Of a stretch of 64,000 bases of DNA, positions 1-10,459 are shown piece by piece. The notes beneath the pieces are model-generated. The model ran no database searches. It worked only from the letters and a program-made list of their open reading frames with translations, and was not told where the DNA came from. The position numbers and the translations under genes were made by a program. Each line of letters begins with the position of its first letter. Within the stretch, counting starts at the first letter, position 1. The stretch is from Verrucomicrobiota bacterium (GTDB lineage: Bacteria > Verrucomicrobiota > Verrucomicrobiia > Limisphaerales > JAYTXL01): the NCBI GenBank assembly GCA_043742955.1, contig JAYTXL010000027.1, forward strand, positions 2,745 through 66,744. The letters are read 5' to 3'.

Positions 1-318
1 GGCACCATTCATCCGACGGTTTCGATCCTGCTGTTGGCGATCTGGGAATGTGGCGTCGGAATCATGTTGGGTTTTCGACTTTGTCGGCGCGCGACGTTGT
101 GCCTGTTATTCCTCCACATGGTTTGCACCTTTTCACCGATCCTGTTCTTCCCCGGGGAAGTGTTCACCTATTTTCCCTACGGCCTGACCTTGGAGGGGCA
201 ATACATCGTCAAGAATCTCGTCCTGATGAGTGCCGCCATGATGCTTTGGCCGGCGGCGCAAGGGATCCAGCCAACTCCTTCGTCCGGCAAAACCAGGTCG
301 GGTCTAGTAAGTCAATAA
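1..318 (+). CDS. Membrane protein, C-terminal part (5' end outside window); DUF417/YkgB-like by weak resemblance
   Basis: Frame 1 is open from base 1 (GTIHPTVSILLLAIWECGVGIML...) with hydrophobic helices and a stop at 316-318. The tail FPYGLTLEGQYIVKNLVLMSAAMML recalls the C-terminus of E. coli YkgB/RclC as I remember it. The family call is tentative. Confidence 0.45.
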   Translation, partial: GTIHPTVSILLLAIWECGVGIMLGFRLCRRATLCLLFLHMVCTFSPILFFPGEVFTYFPYGLTLEGQYIVKNLVLMSAAMMLWPAAQGIQPTPSSGKTRSGLVSQ

Positions 319-1317
319 ATCGAGCCACTGCACGCCGTGACTGGCCAGCTCCCAGTGACCGCTTTTCTTGGACACGAGTTTGCGCCCTGGGTTTTTTAGC
401 TGCTCGGCTTCGTTCACCGACAGGAGCTGGTAATTGGCTTGACCCTTGATTTCCTGGGCGGCTCGCGGGGTGAGTTGGAAGGGCAGGCCGTTGAAGTTAA
501 ACACGATTTCGTAACCCGCGACCCCGGCTTTTTCGGCTGCGGGATTGCGCTGAACCAACGCCGGGTAACGCTTCAACCAGGGGAAATCCCGTCCGCGCAC
601 CAGGACCCGGCATAACTCGGTCTGACCGCGCACGAACTGCCGCAGGCTGAAAGATGCGCCCTTCGATTTTTGCTCCAGCAAGATCAAGCGCGGATCCAGC
701 CCCACCAGGTTTTGGCCGTTCCATTCGCCGTGGTCGTTCCGTTGGTCGGGCAGATGTTTTTCGTGCCAACTGGAAAAACGGTTGTTAACGAGGAGGTTCA
801 GTTCAAAGTGAAGATGGGCGCGATCTTTGGAAATACCCTGGCGGGTATTGGTGCTCCGTCCCATGCGGGCGATGTTTTCGCCGGCTTTGACTACGTCACC
901 CACTTTCAAGCCGGCGCGAATCTCCCGCAGGTGCGCGTAGAGGGAGTAAATCTCCAACCCGTCCAGACGGTGGCGCAGGACGAGGTAGTTTCCGTAATTG
1001 GAAAGCGACGGCCGGGTGTTGAGATAGGCGACGGTGCCCTCCGCCGTGGCCAGGACGGGATCGGCGGGCTCGCCCTGCCGGTCGGGTTGGAGGCTTTTGA
1101 TGTCGAGTCCCTCATGCACCTGCCACCCCCCGGAGCGGACGCAGCCAAAGGTGCCGCTGATCCACGGCTTACCGACCGTGCCGACAAAATACTTCTCCTC
1201 GGCACCCGGTTCAAAAATAGTGCGGTTGGCTGTGGGGAGCTGAAATGTTTGGGGCTGGGCAACTTGAGGCAACCACCAAACCCAGCCGCCGAGGATAAGA
1301 ACGAGAACGCGTTTCAA
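304..1317 (-). CDS. M23 family (LytM-like) metallopeptidase, secreted
   Basis: 337-aa ORF with a signal-like N-terminus MKRVLVLILGGWVWWLPQVAQ. It has the HxxxD motif (VHEGLDIK) and HxH motif (AHLHFELN) typical of peptidase M23. Confidence 0.85.
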   Translation of the reverse strand: MKRVLVLILGGWVWWLPQVAQPQTFQLPTANRTIFEPGAEEKYFVGTVGKPWISGTFGCVRSGGWQVHEGLDIKSLQPDRQGEPADPVLATAEGTVAYLNTRPSLSNYGNYLVLRHRLDGLEIYSLYAHLREIRAGLKVGDVVKAGENIARMGRSTNTRQGISKDRAHLHFELNLLVNNRFSSWHEKHLPDQRNDHGEWNGQNLVGLDPRLILLEQKSKGASFSLRQFVRGQTELCRVLVRGRDFPWLKRYPALVQRNPAAEKAGVAGYEIVFNFNGLPFQLTPRAAQEIKGQANYQLLSVNEAEQLKNPGRKLVSKKSGHWELASHGVQWLDLLTY

Positions 1318-1325
1318 GGGGATTG

Positions 1326-1910
1326 CTATTTGATCAGATCATTCTTTTTGAGTTTCGCCGCGACGTTGTTCAAGCCGCGGACGATTCGCTCGGCTTCCGT
1401 GCGCGTGGCGTCCGGGGTGAACGTGAGCGAGCCATCGGTGATCCGGTGCTCAATAACCGGCGCGGCCAGGAAACGGGCATCGCCGAACTGGCTGAACAGG
1501 ACGATGTGTTTGCCCGAATTGGCGGACGTGATATTCTCGAGCAGCAAGGTGCCGGAACGGTCGAATTGAATCCGGATGCTCAACAGACCGCCGCCCTCTT
1601 CCTCCACCGTCGCCTTGATGATGTGAGCTTCATTGAGGAACGATGCCCGCTCCACGTTTATTTGCAGCGGATTCTCCCGGAACACCAGGGCCGGCGCATT
1701 GCGGTCCGTGCCATCGGCGTTCACTTGCAGGTGGAGGCTCAGGGTGCTGAATTCCTTGCTGGATTTCTTGGAGCCGGAGTGGGCGGGGGAGGCGGGTTTG
1801 GGAGCTTTGGCCGGCGGGGTTGTCTCGCAGCCGGTCAGTCCCGAAACCAGCCCCACCAACAAATAGGTGTTGAAAGGTTTCCAGTGGCTCTTCATATTCC
1901 GGTTAAACAA
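1326..1910 (-). CDS. Lipoprotein of unknown function
   Basis: 194-aa ORF with a hydrophobic signal followed by the lipobox LVSGLTG|C. It ends 8 nt upstream of the M23 gene on the same strand, so they are probably co-transcribed. Confidence 0.6.
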   Translation of the reverse strand: MFNRNMKSHWKPFNTYLLVGLVSGLTGCETTPPAKAPKPASPAHSGSKKSSKEFSTLSLHLQVNADGTDRNAPALVFRENPLQINVERASFLNEAHIIKATVEEEGGGLLSIRIQFDRSGTLLLENITSANSGKHIVLFSQFGDARFLAAPVIEHRITDGSLTFTPDATRTEAERIVRGLNNVAAKLKKNDLIK

Positions 1911-1940
1911 CTGAATTGTTTAAGCATTGTAAAGACACTT

Positions 1941-2039
1941 ATGGGAAAACAGCATAACAAAGGCGAAAAACGGAAACGGCGGACGGCATACAACAAGCGC
2001 AAAACTGCGGCAGCCAAAGTGAAAGTTAAAAAAGTGTAG
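1941..2039 (+). CDS. Candidate 32-aa highly basic small protein
   Basis: ATG at 1941 encodes MGKQHNKGEKRKRRTAYNKRKTAAAKVKVKKV, with the stop at 2037-2039. A strong same-strand intrinsic terminator starts 24 nt downstream. The ORF lies between two minus-strand genes and appears in the ORF track only as the tail of the spurious ORF 1323..2039. Confidence 0.4.
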   Translation: MGKQHNKGEKRKRRTAYNKRKTAAAKVKVKKV

Positions 2040-2062
2040 GTCCGCCCAGTCGGTTCCAATCA

Positions 2063-2090
2063 GGCCACCCTGTCGGGTGGTCTTTTTTTT
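2063..2090 (+). terminator. Rho-independent terminator
   Basis: ggccaccc-tgtc-gggtggtc forms an 8-bp stem (one G-U pair) with a 4-nt loop, followed by tctttttttt. The T-run is only on the + strand. Confidence 0.65.
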
Positions 2091-2103
2091 GGCGCGACCG
2101 CGC

Positions 2104-3558
<1,455 letters not shown>

Positions 3559-3656
3559 GAGTCGATTAGGAGCTGGGCGGGACCGTGGATGGCCGGTGGG
3601 AGGAGCCTGGGAAAGACATGTTCGCGAATGGGGTAACTCGACAGTGACAAGGTGGA

Positions 3657-4655
3657 TTATGTTTTCCTTCCCAAACCCAGGACCTCCCGGCAATAACGCA
3701 GGCTGCGTTCCAGCTCCGCCTTTTGAAATTCCTGCTCGGCCCCGTGCGCGGCTTGTCCCGCGCTCCCGGTGAAGGGCGGCCGGGGTGTGCCGCGCCGGGC
3801 GAGGGCGATGAAGTTCATGAATTCCGACGTGGATACGCCGGCATAAGCCGACCAAAAATCGGCCTGCAAATAGGGAATCGGGATGGGCCGGCCGGAAATA
3901 ATTTCCAGCTGCACCGGCACCTGTGGACACAATTCCCCGTAGCGTTGGAAATAGGCCGGCCAATCCACGGCACCCTCGCCCATCGCGGTCCATTGCAAGG
4001 TCGCGCCGTCCGCGGTGTCCCACAACGCGGAATCACGGATGCCGGTCGAGAGCGCGTAGGGGCCGAGAATTTCCAGATTCTGCCGAGGCGTTTCCAAGGC
4101 CCAGGTGGCGTTGCCGGAATCCATGGTCGCCCCGACAAAGTCGCGCCCCGCCGCTTCGATCAAGGCGACCAACTCCTCTGCCCGCAGGTCGCCCGCGTGA
4201 TTTTCGATGGCGATTTTGACGCCCGAATCCACGGCTTGGGCGCGGATATTTCTGAGCACGTGCACGGTTTCCTTGATCCGCGCCGCGATGCCGCCCGGGC
4301 TTCGCCGATCACCCACGATCCCGAGCACGCACCGCGCCACCGGTGAGCCGAGTGCCTGCGCCACGCGAATTGTTCGCTGCAATTGTGCTTCCGCCGAACC
4401 CCGTTGTGGATCGAACAGGATGGACGAGGGACAAATGCTCAACATCCCCACGTGAACTTCGAGGCCCAAAGCGTCCGCCTGCGTCCGTATCTCCCGCAGG
4501 TGCGCCGCACTGTCGTTTTCGTAAACCTCGAGATCGGAAAGCAACAGCGTGTCGACTTTCAACGACGCCGCGTAATCGAGCAATCGTGCGGCTTTCCACC
4601 CCAGCGAATTCAGCGAGTAATTGTCGAAGCCGAGTTTTAGTTTGAGGGGCATCAT
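3657..4655 (-). CDS. Sugar phosphate isomerase/epimerase (xylose isomerase-like TIM barrel)
   Basis: 332-aa [14 protein letters not shown] and the overall pattern fit the AP-endonuclease-2/xylose-isomerase-like TIM barrel family. Confidence 0.8.
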   Translation of the reverse strand: MMPLKLKLGFDNYSLNSLGWKAARLLDYAASLKVDTLLLSDLEVYENDSAAHLREIRTQADALGLEVHVGMLSICPSSILFDPQRGSAEAQLQRTIRVAQALGSPVARCVLGIVGDRRSPGGIAARIKETVHVLRNIRAQAVDSGVKIAIENHAGDLRAEELVALIEAAGRDFVGATMDSGNATWALETPRQNLEILGPYALSTGIRDSALWDTADGATLQWTAMGEGAVDWPAYFQRYGELCPQVPVQLEIISGRPIPIPYLQADFWSAYAGVSTSEFMNFIALARRGTPRPPFTGSAGQAAHGAEQEFQKAELERSLRYCREVLGLGRKT

Positions 4656-4805
4656 TGATGTTTTGTGCGATTGACGAAATCAAGGTGACCGCCGCACCCT
4701 ATTCCAAGCCAGCGCCCTTGACGAGGGAATTCAGCCGCCGGATTGGCGTTGCTTCCATCACCACTTCCGCATATAACGAAGCCCACCAAACCGATTATCT
4801 CAATC

Positions 4806-7040
4806 ATGGTTCACACTAAGGAAATGTCCGTGCGATCTGCCCGCCAATTATTTACCGGCCGTTTGATGGTGACCCTCGGTCTGCTGGCGGGCTGGGTTGG
4901 CTGGGCCACGCCGGGGTTTGGGGGGCTAAAACAATTCGACGTGTTTCTGGGCTACGGCGACATTGTGCGCGAGGCCAACTGGTTTCCGGTGGCCTGCGAA
5001 ATCAACAATGACGGCCCCGGCTTCACGGCTGTTTTTGAATTGACCAACGACCGTGGCACCGGCGGGCAGATGCGCCAGGTTCGCCTGGAATTACCGAGCA
5101 ACACGCACAAACGGTTTGTGATTCCGGTTTATGCTTCCGGCGGACGATTCGGGTCCTGGACCGCCCGGCTGCTGGATGAACGGGGCAAAGTCCGTGACGA
5201 AAAGACCAACCTGCGCGCCAAGGTTGATGTGGCCGCGGACAGCATCCTGCTCGGCGCCCTGGCCCGCACTTTCAGCGGCTTGCCGACGCTGCCGGAAATC
5301 CGTACCAAGCAGCAGCGGTCGGACTTGCAACCAGCGGTGGCCCGGATGGAAAGCTCCTATTTCCCCGACAATCCCATCGCCTTGGAAGGTCTGGATGCCC
5401 TGTATTTAAACTCGGAGAAAGCCCTGGATTTGAAAGTGAACCAAGTCAGTGCGCTGATCGCCTGGCTCCATGGTGGAGGGCATTTGATCATCGCGGTTGA
5501 GCAACCCACTGACATCAATGGCACTCCCTGGTTGCGCGCGTTGTTGCCGTGCGAGTTCGCTGGTGTCGCTCAAGTGCGAATGGACGGGGAGTTTCAGCAA
5601 TGGCTGCAAACCAGCCCGCTGGGGAAGTCCGGGCCGCCGGCCGAAAGCTCGGTTCCCAAGGCGGGGAACAGTCGCCGTAATCCGCCTCCCGCAGCACCCG
5701 GAGGGAACCTCCTGTCGTTCAGTGCGGACGGAGATTTTGACCAGGCGGAGATACCGGTGGCAACCGGGACGCTGCGCGATGGCCGGCCGGTGGTTTCTTT
5801 GGGAACTGTGCCGGTCGTGATGGAGGCGGAACGGGGTCGTGGAAAAATCACCGTGCTCGCCTTCAGTCCCGAGCGGAAACCCTTTCAAGCGTGGAAGAAT
5901 CGCGCCTGGTTCTGGGCGCGCACGATTAATATCCCGCCCGCCCTTTTCGATTCGGGCGATTTCAACCGCGGCACCGGCTGGAGCATTGACGGAGTCTTCG
6001 GGGCGATGATTGACAGCAAGCAGGTGCGGAAACTCCCGGTGAGCTGGCTGCTGCTATTGCTCTTGGTGTATCTGCTGGTCATCGGGCCAGTGGACCAATA
6101 TTGCCTCAAGAAAATGGGCCGGCAGATGCTCACCTGGGTGACCTTCCCCACTTACGTGATTTTGTTTTCACTCTTGATTTACTGGATCGGTTTCATGCTG
6201 CGCGCCGGCGAAACGGAATGGAACGAACTACACGTGGTGGACATCCTGCCCCGCGGCACGCAGGCCGAGCTGCGCGGGCATACCTTTGCCTCGGTATATT
6301 CCCCGGCCAACGTGCGCTACCAGCTCGCCAGCGACAAAGCCACCACGTTTGCCACGTTACGCGGCGAGTTCCAAGGCGCGTGGGGCGGCGGCCAGGACAG
6401 CAGTCGGGTGAATGTCCAACAACGCGGGGACGGCTTCACGGCGGACATCTTTGTGCCGGTCTGGACCAGCCAACTGTACGTGAACGACTGGTGGCAATCG
6501 GCTGCGCCACCGCTCATCACCAAGGTCAGCCGGCTGGTAAACGGCCATAAAGTCACCCTCGAAAACAAATTGGATCGGCCGTTGAAAAATGTGAAAATCA
6601 CGGTCGGCGGCCGGATCTTCGATCTGGGTGAAGTGGCTGGTGGTAAAACCATGGAAACAAACATAAACTTCAGCGCGGGGATCCTGCTCCGGGAATTTGT
6701 GGTCCAACAGGGTGGCGGTTTCCAAAGCGCCATCGGCAGCCGTCGCCAGGCCCTCGGCGATGATCGTTTGGGCCGTCTGGAGGCCAGTCCGGACCATGTC
6801 ATTGCCGCCTCGTTCACCGAGCAACTAAACAAGAATCTGGGCACCGCCCAGAATTACCAGAACCGTTGGGAAATTCCCGCGCGCTTCGACCTGACCACGC
6901 TGGTGGAGCGCGGTGATGCCGTGGTGCTCGCCTGGGATGCCGGCCATTCGTTTCTACCCACTCCCGTCAACCAATTCAAACCGCGACGCAGCAGCCGCGA
7001 CACGCTCTTGCGCCTCGCGGTTCCGGTGACGAACAACTAA
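4806..7040 (+). CDS. Large membrane protein of unknown function, upstream partner of the ABC transporter
   Basis: ORF 4743..7040. The first in-frame ATG is at 4806 (alternative at 4824). It has an N-terminal TM segment (LMVTLGLLAGWVGWA) and a central cluster of TM helices (LPVSWLLLLLLVYLLVIGP..., TWVTFPTYVILFSLLIYWIGFML). It ends 13 nt before the ABC ATPase gene. It may be a GldG-like auxiliary component, but that is not demonstrated. Confidence 0.6.
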   Translation: MVHTKEMSVRSARQLFTGRLMVTLGLLAGWVGWATPGFGGLKQFDVFLGYGDIVREANWFPVACEINNDGPGFTAVFELTNDRGTGGQMRQVRLELPSNTHKRFVIPVYASGGRFGSWTARLLDERGKVRDEKTNLRAKVDVAADSILLGALARTFSGLPTLPEIRTKQQRSDLQPAVARMESSYFPDNPIALEGLDALYLNSEKALDLKVNQVSALIAWLHGGGHLIIAVEQPTDINGTPWLRALLPCEFAGVAQVRMDGEFQQWLQTSPLGKSGPPAESSVPKAGNSRRNPPPAAPGGNLLSFSADGDFDQAEIPVATGTLRDGRPVVSLGTVPVVMEAERGRGKITVLAFSPERKPFQAWKNRAWFWARTINIPPALFDSGDFNRGTGWSIDGVFGAMIDSKQVRKLPVSWLLLLLLVYLLVIGPVDQYCLKKMGRQMLTWVTFPTYVILFSLLIYWIGFMLRAGETEWNELHVVDILPRGTQAELRGHTFASVYSPANVRYQLASDKATTFATLRGEFQGAWGGGQDSSRVNVQQRGDGFTADIFVPVWTSQLYVNDWWQSAAPPLITKVSRLVNGHKVTLENKLDRPLKNVKITVGGRIFDLGEVAGGKTMETNINFSAGILLREFVVQQGGGFQSAIGSRRQALGDDRLGRLEASPDHVIAASFTEQLNKNLGTAQNYQNRWEIPARFDLTTLVERGDAVVLAWDAGHSFLPTPVNQFKPRRSSRDTLLRLAVPVTNN

Positions 7041-7053
7041 TACCGCAACGCTT

Positions 7054-8010
7054 ATGGCCAACGCTTCCGCCCCGCCCATTCCCGCCGTCCAGACCTACGG
7101 TTTGTCCCGCACTTACGGGGCAATGACGGCGCTCAGCGCGCTGGACCTCACGGTCAACCAGGGCGACCTCTTCGGCTTCATCGGCTCCAACGGCGCGGGC
7201 AAAACCACCACGCTGCGCATCCTAGCCACCTTCCTCGCCCCGTCCGCCGGCCGCGCGGAAGTCTTGGGCCATGATGTCGTGAGCGCCGCCGACGCCGTGC
7301 GCCACGTCATCGGTTACATGCCCGACTTCTTCGGTGTCTACAAGGACATGGAAGTGACCGAGTACCTGGATTTCTTTGGGGCGTGCTACAAAATTCCGAC
7401 CGCGCAGCGCGAGAAAACGGTGAGCGATGTTTTGGAGCTTGTTGGTCTGAGTGAAAAAAAAGGCGCGCTGATCGGGGCGTTGTCCCGCGGCATGCAGCAG
7501 CGGCTCGGTCTGGCCCGGGTGCTCATTCACGATCCCAAATTGCTCCTGCTCGACGAACCGGCCAGCGGTCTCGATCCGCGCGCGCGCATCGAAATGATGG
7601 CCATTTTGCAGGAGCTCCAGCGCCTCGGCAAAACCATCATCATCTCGTCGCACATTCTCAGCGAACTCCAGACGCTGTGCAACCGCGTCGCGATCATCGA
7701 AAAGGGCAAATTGATTTACAGCGGACCGGTGCAGGGCGTGCGCGATCAAATGTCGTCGGGCCGAATCTTTTGGGTCACGGTGGGGGCCGATCCCACCAAG
7801 GCCATCGAACTGCTGAAGGCGCGCGCGGAAGTGGCGGAGGTTGTCCCGGTGGATGGGAAGCTGAAGGTGCTGATGGCCAACCACGAGATCGACCCGAGTT
7901 TTATCCCCGACCTGCTCGTGCCCGCCGGCATCAAGCTCAATGGCCTGCGCGAGGACGAGCTTGGCCTGGAGGAAGTCTTTCTGCGAGTCACGCGGGGCGA
8001 GACGCAGTAA
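7054..8010 (+). CDS. ABC transporter ATP-binding protein
   Basis: Walker A GSNGAGKTT, ABC signature LSRGMQQRL, Walker B LLLLDEPASGLD and H-loop SSHIL. Confidence 0.95.
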   Translation: MANASAPPIPAVQTYGLSRTYGAMTALSALDLTVNQGDLFGFIGSNGAGKTTTLRILATFLAPSAGRAEVLGHDVVSAADAVRHVIGYMPDFFGVYKDMEVTEYLDFFGACYKIPTAQREKTVSDVLELVGLSEKKGALIGALSRGMQQRLGLARVLIHDPKLLLLDEPASGLDPRARIEMMAILQELQRLGKTIIISSHILSELQTLCNRVAIIEKGKLIYSGPVQGVRDQMSSGRIFWVTVGADPTKAIELLKARAEVAEVVPVDGKLKVLMANHEIDPSFIPDLLVPAGIKLNGLREDELGLEEVFLRVTRGETQ

Positions 8011-8096
8011 TCCGTTCAAGGTTCTCAATTTGATGCTCGAAGTTCGCCGTGGAGGTCCTCGACTTGGAACCTTGAACCCAGAACCCTGAACGGATT
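8009..8096 (+). promoter_or_regulatory. Long-range stem-loop spanning the whole ATPase-permease spacer
   Basis: aatccgttcaaggttc (8009-8024) pairs with gaaccctgaacggatt (8081-8096) at 15 of 16 positions, enclosing 56 nt. The left arm overlaps the TAA stop of the ATPase gene and the right arm ends 1 nt before the permease ATG. Confidence 0.4.
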
Positions 8097-8097
8097 C

Positions 8098-9771
8098 ATG
8101 ACCTTCCTGCCCATCGTCGAACGCGAATTGCGCACGGCCTCGCGCCGCAAGAGCACCTACCGGACGCGGCTCGGTTCGGCGCTGGCGGCGATCTGTCTCA
8201 CGACCTGGCTGCTGCTCACCATGGATTCGTTGGGCGGATCGCCCGGCATGTTGAGCAAGTCCATCTTCGGCACGCTGACCACGATCGCCTTCGTCTATTG
8301 CCTGCTCGCTGGCGTGCGCAACACTGCCGACTGCCTCAGCGAAGAAAAACGCGAAGGCACGCTCGGCCTGCTGTTCCTCACCGACCTGAAAGGCTATGAC
8401 GTGGTGCTCGGCAAACTGATCGCCACGTCGCTGAACTCCTTTTACGGTTTGCTCGCGATCTTTCCCGTCTTGGCGATTCCGCTGTTGCTCGGCGGCGTCA
8501 CCGCGAGCCAGTTCTGGCTGACCGTGCTGTGCCTCGCCAACACGCTGTTCTTTTCGCTCGCGGCGGGAATGTTCGTTTCCGCCATCAGCCGCCACGAACG
8601 CCGGGCCATGAGCGGCACGTTTCTGGTCATTTTATTTTTCACCGCCGGATTGCCGTTGATCTACGGAATGCTTCATCTGTACTTCAAACCAACAATTATG
8701 AAGGGTGCTGAAATTGCGGGTTGGCTCAAGTGGTTCAGTCCGGGTTACGCCTTTGGTTTGACCTACGGTTTCGCGTTCACCCCCACCGGGCGTTTGGAGT
8801 TCTGGTACTCAAACCTGACGATGCACCTGGTCGGTTGGGCGCTTTTGGTGGCGGGCAGTTATCGGCTGCCGCGTGCGTGGCAGGACAAACCGAGCACCGC
8901 CAAAGCGAGCCGGTGGCGGGAGAACTGGACTCGCTGGAATTATGGCAAAGCCGAGCAACGCGCGGCGTTTCGGCAACGGTTGCTGAATGCGAATCCCTAC
9001 TTGTGGCTCGCGTCGCGTGATCATCTTAAGTCCGCGTATCTCTGGACGTTTCTTATCGGGGTCGCCAGCGTCTGGGGGTGGGTTTGTAGTGAAAGCGGTT
9101 GGAGGAGCAGCGATTGGGTGTCGTGGGCGTTCACCGCGATATTGCTGCTGCACACGGCGATGAAAATCTGGTTCGCTTCCGAAGCTGGCCATCAACTGGG
9201 CACCGACCGCCACAGCGGCGCGTTGGAACTGGTCCTGTCCACGCCATTGAGGGTCGAGGAGATTTTGCGTGGTCAATGGCTGGCGCTGCGACGCCTCTTC
9301 ATCAGGCCGTTGGCGGTGGTGCTGCTGGCCGACATGGCCTTCATGCTTTTTCTATTCGTGGAAGGGGTCAAATCAAATTTCACGAATAACAGGCTCGCGA
9401 TCATGACTCTGGCGGGCGCGCTTATGTTCGTCGCCGACATCGTCACGCTTGGCTGGGTGGGCATGTGGCTCGGCCTGTCCGCCAAGCAGACCAATCGCGC
9501 CATCGGTGGATCGATTGCCCGGATCATGCTCCTGCCGTGGCTGATCTTTATCGGAGTGGGGATGCTCATAGCTTTTGGCCGCATGACTTTTAGATTCAAT
9601 CTCGGCTACGAATTCTTCCTGGGACTCTGGTTTGGCATCGGGATCGTGATCGACATTGTCTTCCTGGACTGGGCCAGAAACAATTTGCGCCGGCACTTCC
9701 GCGAAGTCGTGACGCAGCGGTTTGATTCCAAACCAACGCGATCCTGGTGGAAACGCTCGTCGTCAAAATAA
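8098..9771 (+). CDS. ABC-2-type permease, internally duplicated (paralog 1)
   Basis: 557-aa polytopic membrane protein. The N-half carries CLSEEKREGTLGLLFLTDLKGYDVVLGKL and the second half repeats the pattern as HSGALELVLSTPLRVEEILRGQWLA. This matches the ExxxGTLExLL motif of NosY/GldF-like ABC-2 permeases. Confidence 0.8.
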   Translation: MTFLPIVERELRTASRRKSTYRTRLGSALAAICLTTWLLLTMDSLGGSPGMLSKSIFGTLTTIAFVYCLLAGVRNTADCLSEEKREGTLGLLFLTDLKGYDVVLGKLIATSLNSFYGLLAIFPVLAIPLLLGGVTASQFWLTVLCLANTLFFSLAAGMFVSAISRHERRAMSGTFLVILFFTAGLPLIYGMLHLYFKPTIMKGAEIAGWLKWFSPGYAFGLTYGFAFTPTGRLEFWYSNLTMHLVGWALLVAGSYRLPRAWQDKPSTAKASRWRENWTRWNYGKAEQRAAFRQRLLNANPYLWLASRDHLKSAYLWTFLIGVASVWGWVCSESGWRSSDWVSWAFTAILLLHTAMKIWFASEAGHQLGTDRHSGALELVLSTPLRVEEILRGQWLALRRLFIRPLAVVLLADMAFMLFLFVEGVKSNFTNNRLAIMTLAGALMFVADIVTLGWVGMWLGLSAKQTNRAIGGSIARIMLLPWLIFIGVGMLIAFGRMTFRFNLGYEFFLGLWFGIGIVIDIVFLDWARNNLRRHFREVVTQRFDSKPTRSWWKRSSSK

Positions 9772-9877
9772 GCGAATGGACGTTCGGCTTGGATTATTAT
9801 CTTGAGTTTCGGGTTCCACGTTTAGAATCGGCGGCGATGCGGCGTCCACTGTCAAACCCAGTTTCCCCAGGTGTCGG

Positions 9878-10369
9878 ATGACCTGGCTGCCCATCGTTGA
9901 ACGCGAACTGCGCGTGGCCGCCGGGCGCAAAAGCACGTTTCGCCTCCGCCTGCTTTCCACGGTGCTGGTGACGGGCGTCAGCGCGCTGTTCTTGTTGATC
10001 GCCGCGTTCGACCGCTCCCCGCGTCTGGGCGTGCCGCTCTTTTACACCTTGAGCCTCTACGCGCTGGTGCTGTGCGTGCTCGCGGGGGTGTTCACCACAG
10101 CCGATTGTTTGAGTGAAGAGAAACGCGAAGGCACCCTCGGCCTGTGGCTTGCATTAACAATCAAGAAGCCGCAATACGCTGTTGCCCTGACGTTGCTTTT
10201 TGTGGTGTTCCTTCCCGGTCTTCTTTTTTGCGTGCCTAAAATTGCGGTCGATCTCTTCTGCATATTCTGGTCACGCGACAAACTCCGCCAGGGATTGCGT
10301 GACCAGCTGCGGCGGGTCGCGCTGCCGCACTCGGCGATTGGGCCACCGCCCCGAATCGCGCGCACCTGA
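9878..10369 (+). pseudogene. Internally deleted mini-paralog of the flanking permeases (possibly still expressed)
   Basis: The first ~89 aa (MTWLPIVERELRVAAGRKSTF...ADCLSEEKREGTLGL) are collinear with paralogs 1 and 3 and break inside the GTLGLLFLTDL motif. The last ~70 aa (one TM segment plus the basic tail WSRDKLRQGLRDQLRR) resemble the paralogs' C-terminal TM and tail (DWARNNLRRHFREVV). About 400 codons are missing. Confidence 0.6.
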
Positions 10370-10459
10370 AACGTGGCTGAAATCTTTTGTATGAAAGGGT
10401 GGAAGACGATATGATCCGCTCAACCTGCATCCTGACTTTTCAACCCGGAACCCGCGGGC

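Noticed and set aside
7222-8595. 457-aa ORF on the minus strand across the ABC ATPase/permease junction
   Set aside because: It is antisense to two genes with unambiguous motifs. Its product is R/G/Q/E/D-rich low-complexity sequence with no motif, the typical long shadow ORF of high-GC DNA.
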